Source: Camelus ferus (taxonomy: Eukaryota). From it: a stretch of 64,000 nt of DNA. Below the pieces are notes generated by a model, which ran no database searches, was not told the DNA's origin, and was given only the letters and a program-made list of their open reading frames with translations. Below, in pieces: positions 1-13,172 of the stretch (within the stretch, counting starts at the first letter, position 1; each line of letters opens with the position of its first letter). Both the position numbers and the translations under genes were made by a program. The stretch covers positions 52,764,001 through 52,828,000 of the forward strand of contig NC_045707.1 in NCBI RefSeq assembly GCF_009834535.1, written 5' to 3'.

Positions 1-138
1 CCAAATTCGTATCTGCCTGGACCTGCTCTTTGGAACTCGGGAAAGACTAGGAGACTAAAGCTTTTTCTAGAAACAAGGGGCATAGGAGACTGAGGGGCTT
101 GTATTTGGGAAGGGCCCACAGTGTCCTGCTCGGTTTCA
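1..138 (-). mobile_element. End of an ERV LTR (truncated by window edge)
   Basis: Ends ...gtcctgctcggtttca (TGAAAC start on the - strand) and resembles the 3' part of the element at 8582-9265. Confidence 0.55.
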
Positions 139-2499
139 AGTTGAAGGACAGACAGGAATTGGAGAGAAAATAGATCCGAGAGAGGGGCAGGAACAATCAG
201 TGAGCCCTGCAGCAGAGGACAAGAGGTTGGGGAGAATTTATTTCCTTTCTTCTCATCCTTCCCGAGACCCACAAAGGGGAGATGTGACGGATGGAGGAGA
301 GAGAACAGAGGGCACAGGGCGGGCTATTCAGCACCTTTGATTCCAGGCACAAATTCTGTTCATTTTTATAGCATCTCTCTTGCAAATAATTAACAGTGGT
401 TGGATATAACTGAGGGCCATACCGTTGCCACTGAGCTAAACACCACAAGCCCTCAGAGAGAACATACAATGACATCAGCTTCTGGAACCTCCCTCCCTCC
501 CTCCCATCTCTTTAGAGGAACTTGACATGCACATTTTTCAACCCCCGGCACTGGCATTTTCCACCAAATATTCCAACCAGTATTTTCCACGATCCCTAGA
601 AAAACATTCTTGCTCACTGGTCTTGTTCACCTGAAATCCCTCTTCCTGCAGATTTGTCCTGGGTACCTTCCAAGTTGACGATTAGAAATTACTCTGTGTT
701 ACAAAGTGGAACTAGAAACGGTGTCGCTGGAAAACGTGTTTCCCCAGTCGGCCCCCGAGAGGGGACCTTCTCTCCTGTGTTGTTAGTTTCCATGCTGTTT
801 GTCAACCTGCTACACGCCCCCCCCGATCCCGTTCTCTGTCTTCATGCTCACTGAGCTCAGTTTTCCCCTCGCCACACGTGAGAGCCCCAGCTGTCCTCCC
901 TTGTTTGGGGAAGTTCTGAGGCTAAAGTGTCATTAGCCAGAGAGAGGAGACCGTATGAAGTCAGGCAGGGGAGGAACTTATCTGTTAATCCCAGCCCATC
1001 CTCTGATTTTACAAAAGAGGAAGGTGGAATCTGAGGAAGTAAGTGGCTCCCTCGACGCTTTCCTGTAGCGTGGAGGCAGAACAGGGTCCGAGCCGTCGCA
1101 GACCCCGGTCCAACTGTCTGTGCTCTTCACCCGAGTGAACGACATGTGGTCACACAAGGGACAGTCTCCCAGGCTGGGCGAGTGGGAGGCAGAGGGACGA
1201 GACGGTGGTGACAGGGGGAGGGTCTTTGCACTCTCAGGAGACAAGTCTCCACTCCTGAGGACCCTTGGTGAGGCCACCAGACACAGGGAGGTGAGCTTTG
1301 TAGAAACGCAGGGTAATTTTTTGACTTTCCAAAGCATCCTGGTCCTCATGCTCATTTGCCTCCACTCTCTTTTCCCCTTGTTACTCTGGACGCTCCGTCC
1401 CTCCCGGCTGCTCCACTGCCCTGGCCGAAAACGGGGTGAGGAACATGAAACCACGGGAGACACCTGACATCTTTAAGGTCCCAGTTTTGTTTGATGACAA
1501 GCAATTTAAAACATCACTACTAAAACAAACATGGGGTATTTTACAAGAAAGAATAACATATTCAACTGAATTTTTAAGATGAAAAATGAGACTTCAAAAT
1601 AATTTCTGACTTGAAGAGGGTCTCTCTGAGCTGCTTCTGTTACTGCCCGCCCCCAGAGGGTATGAGTTCATTCCCCTCTGTAAGAGTTTGAAGGCTGAGG
1701 AGAACATCTAATTAAAGAAAAACAAACTAAAAAGAAAACAAACAGCAGCTGGTAGGAAGTATTCGAACCAAATGAATAATGGTCTAATTCACATTTTTAT
1801 GGTGATCCTTTTTGGATCTCAAAATTATAAAACCATATGAATTCAAAAGTCCATGTATTTTTTTTAAACCTTATAAATGAAAAATAGCCTTTCACATCTG
1901 CTTCACAGTTTCCTCTGGGGATGTGTCAGTTCTGAGATTTTGTAACGGCCTAGAGGCAGACAGTCCAACCCCCGTCTGACACCAGGTCTGTCAGCCCTGC
2001 CGCAGCCCTTGACCCCAGAAATGCCACACACATGAACAGGACACACTCGAGCAGCCAGGGAACAAGAAATAGGGCTTTTCTTGCCCATGTCTTCAATTTT
2101 TTAAGATGCACTTGTTCCTATAGAAATAAACAGCTAAAGTTTAAGAGACCTTTTTTGATTCAAGTTAAGAAATTGTATTTTCAATTCATCCTATATGATT
2201 CTAAAATAATATGAAATGCCTACGAGGTACCAGGCAGTGGCTAGCAGTTGCGTTATCACATTTTTTTCCCCTGAGGATTTGAATTCTCATAACTGCACCG
2301 AGGTTTCCTTATGAACAACTTTGAACACAGGTAGCAATTCGACTTATGGGAATAGGCACCACCCTCTACCCTCTTCTAGTCTCTTGAGAAGAAGACTGAA
2401 CTGATAAGACAGCGGAAGGGAAGAGAGGAAGGAGAAGGCTTACCCTCCCACGGCACTGTGGGTCCTTCTGCGGAAACAACAGGCGAACTGTAAATATAG

Positions 2500-2632
2500 C
2501 AAAAAGAAAGAAAGAGAGAAAGGAAGGAAGGAAGGAGGGAGGGAGGGAAGGAAGGAAGAAAGAGGGAGTAAGGGAGGAAGGAAGGAAGGAAGGAAGGAAA
2601 GAAGAAGGAAGGAAGGAGGAAAAGGAAAAACA
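2500..2632. repeat. Purine-rich (GAAA/GGAA/GGGA)n simple repeat
   Basis: Directly visible polypurine tract. Confidence 0.95.
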
Positions 2633-3014
2633 GGGACAACATAGCACGGAGGGAAAAGCGTACAGTGGAGCGTTCTTTCTCTAAGAGGTCAGCACGCCCA
2701 AGTCTTGGTTTCAGTGGACACGTGTCGAGGGCTTAGCTCAGCTGCTCCACTGTGCCGATGTCTCAGCATCCATTTGTGCGGTCTCCATGGACCTGAGACT
2801 GACACCAGTCCCTGGTCAAGCACGTGCCCTCGCTGACAGCCCGCAGGGTCACAGCAGGTGACCTGAGACTTAACGGAATAACCTGGATTCTCCAGAGGAA
2901 AAAAAAGGTGTTCAAAGAAATATGGATGTGAAAGAATATGGTTTATTCCTGGGACCAGTAAATAAGGCAGCCCAACCAATGCAAAGTGGGTTTATAGAGG
3001 AAAGTTTATAGAGG

Positions 3015-3030
3015 AATAATAATAATAATA

Positions 3031-3066
<36 letters not shown>

Positions 3067-3095
3067 ACAACAACAACAATAATCACAATCATAAT
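3015..3095. repeat. Compound (AAT)n(ATT)n(AAC)n microsatellite
   Basis: Directly visible. Confidence 0.95.
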
Positions 3096-3516
3096 GAAAT
3101 TGGACACGCAGAAAGTAATAAAGAGCTCTGTGTGTGCCGTGCGCTCTCTTTTCTGTAGCTGATGGGATGCTATGATGCCTTTGAGGCATTTGTAATATAC
3201 GGTCAAAATTACGTTTTGATAATGGTCACCCTGGCAGCTTTAAGTCAACATTAACTACATTGCTAAGAGGACTAAATTTTAAAAGATACTACGTGGGGAA
3301 AGATCTTCAAAACTGTAAGGCTTATATAATCATTAAGGAATTTTTTTTTTTTTTGCCATTAAATCTGTTTCTTGAAGGACCATAAAGTAGAAAAAAGTCC
3401 CAGAAGTCCATATTCTTGAGTATGTTTTCATCTAATTAATAGATATTTCATTATCGATCTGACTGTAAGCTGCCCTGACCTCTAAGGATGGTGTTAAAAG
3501 GTTTTAAGCTGAAATT

Positions 3517-3592
3517 ACATACACACAAACAGACACACACAAACAGACACACACACAAACAGACACACACACAAACACACATACACACACAC
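3517..3592. repeat. Interrupted (CA)n repeat
   Basis: acacacaaacag units followed by a (CA)n run. Confidence 0.9.
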
Positions 3593-5499
3593 CCCCCTCA
3601 TAATATGACAATTAGGTAAATATACCAATGGCCCACTAAACTGACTTAAAATAGCAGATTAAATATATATTACACTGAAAAGCTATAGAGTGCCACTATT
3701 CAGTCAACATCTACATTTTCTGTTACTATCACTTTATCACAGATGAAACCAAGGGCAGCTGAAGACTGACAGGAAGGCCACAGGCACCACGTGGATGGCA
3801 TCCGGAAACACAAAGTGCTGAAGGCACGAGCATGTGGACGGGAAGGGCAGTGTCATCTGTGACGATTTCGGAAGCTGGATTTCACATTCTGCGCGAGAGG
3901 GAATCGGCAGCCGCCTCCTCCCCGCCAGGTTGTCCAGGTGGTCGCCTTCCTGTGCCGCCCTTGGAGTGGGGTAACTTGGCGTCTCCATTCGTTGCCGCTG
4001 GACTTCCTGGGTGCAGAAACTACCATTGCGCCCATGTGAGATTTCCTTTGGGAGACGAGCCCTCAGAAGAAGCTGGCATTTGGGTAATTTTCAGGACATC
4101 TTGAAATTCTCACCACTGGCCCCGAAATCAGTGCCAAAGTCAAATACAAGACCTGAATAAGAGGCAACACCAGAGCTGGCTGTAAGAAAGTGATCCTTAT
4201 CTTTAAGGAAGATAATGTCCTCATTATTTGTCTCCTAGTGTGACACAGAACCGAAGCCCTAAATCACTTGCTAGAATTCATTTTGCTTTCAGCATCCTAC
4301 ATTCAGTCCTTGGAGGCATCTCTAGGTACCACAGAAAAAGATCTGGAAGTTAAACATCTTGGAAGAAACATACAAAATTTCAGTGTTTATGGAACAGAGT
4401 GAGAAGGAACATTTTCAGCATCGTGGCATCCCAGATTTTTCAAGCTCTGTGTGGGGCTTTGCTAAATCAAGTTAGAAGTATCTCTGACTTAGAGGAGTCT
4501 TTTCTAATTTATTTTATTCTCAAACCCCTTTTGCTGGTTTATAGTGAGAAGGCATCGTATATGTGCTGTTAAATATGGTATGAGAGGTGATACCACAAAA
4601 TTACCATCTCCTGTCCTGGAGTATCTCCTGCATGATGTATAAGTTCCCCTCAGACACCAGATTTCCCTCAACACAGAGGCACAGTTACTGGGCAAGGAAT
4701 TATCAACTATTTTAACCTTCAAAGAATGTATAATCTAGTTGAAAAAACAAGATACTTTTCCCCAGAATCATGCAAGGAAGTATTTCCTCATCTGTTGTGA
4801 GAATATGGCTGGTGAGAGACTATTAATGGTGCAGATATAATGTGCTCAAGGACACGTCCCTGCATGACAGGTCTCCTCTCTAGTGAGGGACGTGTGGACG
4901 TGACCCTCCCATGAAGTCCATGGTGAAGGTAAGAGTGGGAGCTACGTGGTTAGGTTTACTTTGGGGGGAACCATCTCTAGCTGCTTTGCAGAGAATCAGT
5001 TTGAAGCTGGGCATGGTTTGGAGGGGAAAAAAAACTACTGGAACATGGTTGTGCCTGCCTCGCAAATGTAAATGATGGCTTGAATTAGGGTGTGGCAGTG
5101 GGTTCAGAGACTCCAGTGTCGGTGGGCCCCTGGGTGGGGGATCTAAGCTTGTGTCCCAACCCTGCAATAGCCAAGGGCTATGAGCAGAACCCAGCAGAAG
5201 TTGTCAACAGAGGAGGCAGTGCCAGTCGGTGCCCGGTTTTCACCAGGAAGGTGTCAGCAGGGTGGAGGAGGGTGGGACGGTCCTCTGTTCTGCTGGGGGT
5301 GGGGCGGTTGGCAAGCCCCGGAGGGGAGCTCCTACCACACCTGGGCAGGGCTGCCTGCTACAAGAGAGCATGTCACAGGGCCTTGCTTCTCCTAATGTGA
5401 CACCCAACGTGTTAAACTACCTGTGACGGGGACTAGTATCTAGGAGATGAAAAGACCTCTCAAAACCCAACAACCAAAAAATACAAAACATGGAAAATT

Positions 5500-5865
5500 T
5501 GCTTGTCTTACCAAAACCCAGGAAAATTACAATGTGAATGAGAAAAGAGAATCAACTGATGCAGAGGTGAATTGGATGATTCATTACAGTGAGGATTTTA
5601 AAGCAACCGTCATAAAAACACTCCAACAAGGAGCAAAGTTGTGTGTGCTTCCAAAGTTAAGCTGGAATGTTTATTATAATCTCTGGGATAATCACTAAGA
5701 AAATCAATTTAAAATATACAGAAAAGGAAATGAGAAGGAAATCAAAATAGTACAGTTGGGGAAAAAATCAATTTAACACAAAAGAGGACAGTAATGGAGG
5801 AATTGAGGAACAAAAAGAAAAAAGACAAATAGGAAATAAATAGCAAAAAGATCAGAAGTCAGTCT
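5500..5865 (+). mobile_element. Old L1 (L1M-type) fragment
   Basis: A-rich, with L1M-like segments (gaggattttaaagcaaccgtcataaaaacactccaacaa; aacacaaaagaggacagtaatggaggaattgaggaacaaaa). Confidence 0.55.
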
Positions 5866-6630
5866 TGTATCAGTCAGGCTTCTCCAGAGAAACAGAACTG
5901 GCAAGACATCTGTAGCTAACCCCACGTCTACATCTACATCTACATCTACATCTACATCTACATCTACATCTATGTCTACACCTCCATCTACGTCTACATC
6001 TACTTCTACATCTACATCTATGTCTAGGTCTAGGTCTATACCTACGTCTACATCTATGTCTACATCTACGCCTACATCATCTACATCTATGTCTACACCT
6101 ACATCTAGGTCTACACCTACATCTAGGTCTATGCCTATGTCTACATCTACACCTATGTCTGCGTCTACATCATCTATGTGTCTACATCTACACCTACATC
6201 TACATCTACACCTATGTCTTCATCTATGTCTACATCATCTATATCTATGTCTGCATCTACATCTATGTCTATGTCTACATCTATGTCTACACCTACATCT
6301 ATGTCTACATCTACATCTACATCATCTACACCTATGTCTACATCAACATCTACTTCTACATCTATGTCTACACCTACATCTGTGTCTACATCATCTATGT
6401 CTATGTCCACGTCTACATCTACATCTACATCTATATCTACATAAAGAGATTCATGATAAGGAATTGGTGCATGTGATTATGAAGGCTGCAAAGTCCTAAG
6501 ACCTGCAGTCAGCCAGCTGGAGACCCGGGGGCCAGATGGGACACATTCCAGCCTGAAGGGTAGCGGACTCAAGACTCAGGAAGAGCTGATGTTTCAGCTG
6601 GAGTCCAAAGGCAGCAAAATACCAATGTCT
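5866..6630. mobile_element. MLT2B-like ERVL LTR interrupted by an expanded tandem repeat
   Basis: tgtatcagtcaggcttctccagagaaacagaac... then ...aagagattcatgataaggaattggtgcatgtgattatgaaggctgcaaagtcctaagacctgcagtcagccagctggagaccc, matching MLT2B as I recall it. Confidence 0.8.
5927..6441. repeat. Degenerate hexamer tandem array (TCTACA/TCTATG/CCTACA)n, ~515 bp
   Basis: Directly visible; explains the ST-, HL- and DV-rich ORFs here. Confidence 0.97.
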
Positions 6631-6677
6631 TTATTGCAAGGATTATGGGTGTTTCTGTGTGTTTCTAAATTATAACT

Positions 6678-7120
6678 TTATTTTTTATCAGTTTACAATG
6701 TTGTGTTAGTTTCTGGTGTACAGCACAGTGATTCAGTTATATGTATATGCATATTCCTTTTCCTATTCTTTTTCATTATAGGTTATTAGAAGGTATTGAA
6801 TATAGTTCCTTGTGCTATACAGTGGAAACTTGTTTATCTATTTCATATATAGTAGTTAGTATCTGCTAATCCCAAACTCCTAGTTTATCCCTCCATCCCT
6901 GCCTCATTCCCCCCAGTAACCGTAAGTTTTCTATGCCTATGAGTCTGTTTTTGTTTTGTAAATAAGTTCATTTGTGTCATTTTTTTTAAGATTCCACATA
7001 TAAGTGATATCATATGGTATTTTTCTTTCTCTTTCTGGCTTACTTTACTTAGAATGATGATCTCCAGGTCCATCCATGTTGCTGCAAATGACATTATTTT
7101 ACTCTTTTTTATGGCTGAGA
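6678..7120 (-). mobile_element. 5'-truncated L1 (ORF2 C-terminus + 3'UTR), artiodactyl-type
   Basis: Minus-strand ORF MSFAATWMDLEIIILSKVSQKEKEKYHMISLICGI is the L1 ORF2 C-terminus. T-rich left end; similar aattata.. flanks are a possible TSD. Confidence 0.9.
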
Positions 7121-8581
7121 ATTATATTTTTGGAACTTAGCTTCTTGTCTGACTGATTGCAGGACATGCTGATGGCTACATAAAATTCAAAGCTAAGGGA
7201 CATGTAACGGGGATTTTTTTTTTTAAGTCATGTAGCATCTTAAAAAAAAGTAGCAACACTCCCCCAAACAACATTCCCTGACATCCACACAAAGGAAGAG
7301 ATTAATTTTTCCCCATCTGCTATGTCCTCTCATCACACACTTCTATTTTGAGTTCAGCAGATGCAAATCAGCAAGTCATTGTTGAAAAGCCCAAAACACC
7401 CTCCATAAAATACCATGCTGACTTCCTTTGCATCCTCGACGCTTTGTCTCCTCCCATCACGGCTGAGTCTGTTAAAGGTGTTCAGGCTGACCTCTTACAA
7501 AGACAGCAATTACTGGAGAAGTAACTCCCTGTGACAATTCATGTCTTTACACATTTCTGAGAAGTGTCATTTTCTCAGGCAAGAAAAAGGTATCCTGTCA
7601 CCTAACATGAACTTCCTACCTGAGATGTGGTTTCTCAGCCTTTCTTCTCAAATCAGCTAATAGTGGCTGGTCCCCCAAGCACAGGACTAAATGCTTTAAT
7701 TACAGATGAGCACTGAAAGGACATAATTTTCTTGTTTCTTTCCCAGGATGATAGGTTCAGTAAAACTTCCTGACAGAAGTGTGTGTCTGCAGGATTACTG
7801 CAGGCTGATTTCCCCCCATATGGAAGTCACTTAGATTTGCTTTGATTTCCAGTAACTTCCTTCAGGTAAATGCCTGGAGGTAAACACCTGCAGCCACAGG
7901 CACGGTCTGCTTAGTGTCTGCCCATGAGCTCTGCCCGCCGTCAAGACCGGCCCCACTCTGACTCCAACCTGCCCTGAAATCACGCCTTATGCTAGAGAGA
8001 TTTCCATCCCATAATAGGGCTCATTTTTAATCCTGTATTTAACAAAGAGTGCTAATCTCTACAAATGAAATCCACATTCCAAAAGTGGAAATATCCATAT
8101 ATGAAATAATAAAGCAGCAAGCTGCTGTGGGTCCTTTTGTGGTTGGGGTGCAAACCAGAATGCCCAGTGGCCCGTCCATCTACAGGCTGATGCTGAGAAA
8201 GGGTGATTGTAGCCTGTTCCATGTTCCCCGCTGTCACCAGACCTCATGGCCACCTTCCTGGTCAGTTCTCCCTAAGAGGGAGGTGGGTGCCAAGAGCGTC
8301 ATTGGTCTCTCAGAGTAATAAGGGAGGGAGCCTAGACTCCGCCTAGACAGGAAAATCAAGACAATGTCTTACAGATCAGTCCACTTAGTCCAGAAAAAAG
8401 ATTAACTGATGCAGTTAAAGACACAAAGGTACAGTGGAAGAATTTCAAAATAATTCTTTTCTTCTCAGTTATGCCTAATCTTGACTTACAGTACCTTGTT
8501 CATTTCTTGTGTTGTTATTTGTGTTGGATTTATTTTTTTAAAACATATGTACTTTGTAGTTTCTGTCTATATTACTTTTGT

Positions 8582-9265
8582 TGTTACTGAAACTCAGGTC
8601 CAGTTGCTCGCTACTCAAAAGCCAACTCAAGAGGCCAGTGTTTGGTAGAAAGGAAAGTTTGCTTTATTCCAGAAGCAGGCTACCTAGGGGGAGGGGGGAC
8701 TCATGTCCAAAGGCCAACTCCCCTGCCAATCAGGGGGCAGGATTTTTTAAAGGGGAATCTCAGGAGTGCACAGGCAGAGGGAGGGTCTGTATGCAGAACA
8801 GCGCAGTCAGCTCTGACAGTCATCTTGAAATTGGTGGTCTGGTCAGTGTCATCTTGATTGTTTTAAGTACAGTTAATCTTCAGTTCCAGGGTCAGTTTGT
8901 TCCCAGTTCTTGAGGCCAGTTCTCAGAATTGTGGCAGCTCTTTTCCTGGCTCCAGTCTAGTCATCGTGCAGTTAACTTCTTCCACCTGGTGGGGGTTCCA
9001 GTAGTTACAAGCTCAAAGGACATGGCTCCGAGCCTTATCTACAGCCCTTGAGGAGGAACTAAAGGTCCTGGACTTGGTTTAATGACTAAACTATTATTGC
9101 TTTGTCCTATTTGACTGCTTTTCTTTGTTTCTGCTTTCTTTTTTTCATTTCTATGATTAAATGTATTCTTTAGTTAAAGTTTTTTGACAGAAAAAAGGCA
9201 GGTGGGGTATCTGGGGAGGGAGGTGTCTGTCCCAGGAAGGCTTTATAAGGTCCTCCTTTGTTTCG
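8582..9265 (-). mobile_element. Solo ERV (ERV1-like) LTR, ~680 bp
   Basis: Starts tgtta (…TAACA end on the - strand), has AATAAA on the - strand (~8663-8668), and ends ...ggtcctcctttgtttcg, similar to the element at 1-138. Confidence 0.7.
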
Positions 9266-9935
9266 TTAGGACTTAAAATTCTGGGGGCACTAGCTCTTGG
9301 CATCTGTTGTTTGCTGATTCTTGCTTAGCACCTCTGTAATTTTGGACTGTGAATGCATTATCAGTAGGGTTGTATATGCAAGAATACTGCGCCACCCAGA
9401 TTAAGAAGGGATGACTCCAAATAAATGATGTATTTGCCTTTGTAGTACCTCAGTGATGTCCAGCCTTTTATGGTATTTGTCATTTGGGATCAAAAGTTAA
9501 CATGAATTCAAACTTTAAACCCATCTCTATGGGACACCTGTGATCACAAACTCTCAGAAAGAGTACGGATTTTTTTTTCCACACCAAACCCAAATCATGA
9601 AAACAAGCTTCTACACTGTCTCTTCTCAATGAGCCCTTTGCTCGTGTTTGAAGCTTGCTTTGGGGGTTTTCCCTCTCAAGGCCTGGACCGAGTGCAGGAT
9701 CTCAAGTCCAGTCCCCCACCCTGACTGAGCACAGGACTTACTCTTTATGGCCACAGAGCGCACACTTCCTGGTTATTGACATTGGCAAGGCTCCCAGGGC
9801 AGCGTGCTCAGTACCCAGCGACCACTCTTAACGGTACTTTTCTCCGTGCTTTCAGCCCTTGGGAGTTGCTCTTGGCAGCAGGAACGTTTCAGATTACCTA
9901 ATCGGTCAACTTGGTACATACAGTAGTCCTACCAT

Positions 9936-9965
9936 TCTCTCTCTCTCTCACACACACACATGCAT

Positions 9966-10004
<39 letters not shown>
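9936..10004. repeat. (CT)n(CA)n microsatellite
   Basis: Directly visible. Confidence 0.95.
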
Positions 10005-10005
<1 letters not shown>

Positions 10006-10979
10006 CTGGCCCACACTACTGCGTCTCTACCCTGTGTTTCCTGGTGGTAAGTGACCAGTCACCCATCGTAGGCGTTGTTCAGACGGCCCCCCTTCCGTGT
10101 ACACTCCTATCTTACAGCTCACTGGTAGCCCCTCAGAGGCACAGCAGGGAAGGGAATCAGAGAAGCATCAGCAAGTCCCGCCTCAGCAGCATCAGTAAGA
10201 GGGCTCTGCAGTGGCACCCCTCCAGCAGGAGTTCTGTGAGGCCTGAGGATCAAGTCACCCTGTTTCCCTGTTTCTCGCTATGACCTACTAAGCAATCACC
10301 AGGTGCCTTTAGCAGAGATGAGTGTCTCATTGTCTGTCTCTCCCTCTATGTTTTGTTCACTGCACCTGTTCAAGAGAAAAAAAAATGGCTTATCGTGGAA
10401 TCCATTAGACTAGCAGGCAGATGATCTTTGCTTCTGGGCGTTCAAGGGAGGGAGAGCAGCTGTCGTCCCTGGATTGCAAAGACATCCTGGCATTTCAGAG
10501 ATGTGTAGAAACAAGGAAACTCCCTTGTACTCTGTTTCTAAAGTGATCCAAGTGGGGAAAATGGCAGGCAGGGCACCTGGCCTGCAGTTGCCCTTAGAAC
10601 ACGTGGTTAAAAGATGGTTATTCCAGGGTGTGCTCAGAACAGGGGGCCTGAAGAAACGGCTCCTGTTTACAAGACACTCAACAGGAATCTGGGTTCACTG
10701 TGACAAGGGGCACCAGACTTGGTGCCTTTGTCCTGTGAGCAAATACCTTCCACCTGTCCCCCACACCTCCGCATGGCTGCTGGGCTGGACCAGCCGGGCA
10801 GGGCTCAATATTGGAAGAAAAGCTGAAGTATTTAATGGGGGAATTGCCACCTGGAGCCTGTCCGGTCCACGCATGGGTGGGCCATGAGGGGTTTTACAGA
10901 CATAAAGGCTCTGAACCTCTTTTCAAGGGGAAAAAGAAAGATCTCATGTGCATTCTGGAGTGCAGAAGGTTTTTAGGGC

Positions 10980-11215
10980 AGAGAAAATACTTTGTATGAC
11001 ATTAAATGATGGATGCCTTTGTCCAAACTAATGGACTGTGGACTTTGGTGATTATGATGTGTCAATGTACGTTCACCCTTAGTTAGAAAAAAAAGGTAGC
11101 AATCTGTAAATAAAAATAATGACTGTGCACGTGTGTGGAGATGGGGTGTGTGGGAAATTTCTGCACCTTCCTGTCGATTTTGTTGTAAACCTAAAACTGC
11201 TCCCAAGAAAAGTCT
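10980..11215 (+). mobile_element. L1MC-like 3' end fragment
   Basis: ggactttggtgattatgatgtgtcaatgta...gggaaatttctgcaccttcc...ttttgttgtaaacctaaaactgctc, typical of L1MC 3' ends. Confidence 0.65.
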
Positions 11216-12459
11216 CTGTGTTAGGGCAGGCATTTTTGGCAAAACTTTGGTTTCAGATATACACATATGCAACATGTATACATGTCATGTATGTGTGTGT
11301 TTGTTAGATTGTGATGTAAAATGTATTTTTAGGTCAAAAAAGCTTGCAGGCCACTGTAGTTAAGTTACACCAGCAAATAAAAGCACAAATTAACCTCAAA
11401 AATAAAAATAAAAGATGAACATCCCCACCAGGAGTGGGGAGCCCTGCTGGGTATTATCAGTGACTGGGGGTTGCGCTGTGGAAGGACAGGCGACGCTCAC
11501 CGCGTCTCAATCAGAGCTGCAGGGACGTGGTCCTGTCATCCGGTGACAAAAGGCAGCCTGCATCATCCCCATGGTGACGGGTCCAGGCGGCCGAGATGCT
11601 CTGCCTCCCCTCCCCAGGCACCATCGCGTCCTACGGTCGGTAAAGGGGGCGCATCCACTAAGTTAACGGCAGAGCTTCATTTAATGCTGCCTAACTCTGA
11701 GGAGACCATCAAGTCTCTTAACAAACTGTGTCGTGTCCTGCCATTAAGTTGTTATCATTACTCAGTATTTGTCCAGATGGCAAATAATTTTTAAAGCCAG
11801 ACCAGGTGTTGGAGAAGCAGTGTTCATCTCAAAGCTGATGACGGTGGAGAAATTAATTTAAAAGCTGTAACAGGAGCACAGCGGTGCTTGGGTGAAGGCT
11901 GATCACAAAAAAAAAGGAAGGAAAAACTTGATAGTCCCTGAATACAAGGCTGAGTAGAGGCGGGCGTGAGGAAGCGGGCTTTAATGCTGCTGTCTGGTGC
12001 TTTCACGGGAGTCCCGTCTGTTCGAGGCTGGAAAGGAGAAACAGCAATAAACGCTCAGAAGGCTCGCACCGAGCACCGGTGGTGGCTGGTGTCAGCTCAA
12101 ATCAGCATCAAACGTGGACGCAGCCTGATTTTTCTCACATGCCCGTTTCAGGCGTGGAAGCCCGGATTTCACGGCCACAGCTGGAAGTCACAGAGTTCTT
12201 AATTCATTTTCGAATAGAGAGCTCCCATCAGGCAGCCTTCCCAGTTTCCTACCCCGAGTCCCCGAGGGGGGACCTAACCTATATATGGAATCCAGAAGAG
12301 GCTGAGGTTTTGAAGACTTTTCCAGAGTGACAGAGAGTGCCAGGAAATCTCTCTTTCATACTGACAAACCATGGAGCACGTCACATTTTTGGTAAAAGGT
12401 CAGTTTGACAAGATTAGCTTGGAGTCGGCCAGCCTTGGCTGCAAGGCCTGCCTCTTACA

Positions 12460-12643
12460 CTGACCGGCGTGGCCGGATGCCGTGCGGCTCTGTGGACGTG
12501 GGGCCCGGGCCCGGGCCACCTCGGAAGGGCCCCCCTTGGCCTAGTTCTCTGCTGTCACCATGTTGAAATTCCAAATAATTTTAAACAAAGGGCCCCAACT
12601 TTCCATTTTGCCCTGAGCCCTGCAGCTCACGTAGCTGGGGCTG
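12460..12643 (+). mobile_element. MER45A-like hAT DNA transposon relic
   Basis: gaagggcccc...ctctgctgtcaccatgttgaaattc..aataattttaaacaaagggcccc..tttccattttgccctgagccctgca...gtagctggggctg matches MER45A as I recall it. Confidence 0.7.
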
Positions 12644-13052
12644 ACTGCGTGAGTTAGTTAGTCTCTCTGAATTGCAGTTTCCTGACCTGCGCCTTGCAGA
12701 TTAGCAACAGCTCTCCTCTCACAGGGGTGATCTGAAGAGAAGAAGCGAGGTAGTCAGGCTCGCAGCACACGTGAGCCCCTGTTCAAAGCTGCCACTGCCG
12801 GTGTTCTGTCATTGTCAGTTTTGTTACTGTCACGATTCGTGTGATGAGTGTTAACCTGGCCCCCCTGCCCTGATGGCCGTGGTGCAGTGGACTGCTCTTT
12901 CCGGCTGGAATCCTTCATCCACCTGCTCTTCAGGACAAGGAACGCCTCTTAAATGTCCTGCTCGGCGGCAGCGGTTCCCTAATCCACTGTTCCCCTGTCT
13001 TCTTTGGTGTCAGCCTCTGAGATGCCATCTTTATTTAAAAAATTATAATAAG

Positions 13053-13172
13053 TGGGGAGGACATAGATCAGTGGTAGAGTGTGTGCTTAGCATGTACAAG
13101 GTCCTGGGCTCCATCCCCAGCACCTCCATTAAAAATAAATATTAAATAAACAATCAGACCTAATTACCCTCC
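13053..13172 (+). mobile_element. tRNA-derived SINE (camelid vic-1-like)
   Basis: ggggaggacatagatcagtggtagagtgtgtgcttagcatgtacaaggtcctgggctccatccccagcacctcca has tRNA-like A/B boxes, followed by an AT-rich segment and acctaattaccc. Confidence 0.85.

Noticed and set aside
2366..3206. Low-complexity ORFs (Phe/Leu/Pro/Ser-rich, poly-Asn, poly-Ile)
   Set aside because: Translations of microsatellites.
5972..6499. 175-aa Ser/Thr- then His/Leu-rich ORF and overlapping ORFs
   Set aside because: These are translations of the hexamer array inside an LTR; no promoter, splice or homology support.
13053..13130. tRNA-like sequence
   Set aside because: It is the head of a SINE with degenerate stems and a second dispersed copy at 26896-27030, not a tRNA gene.
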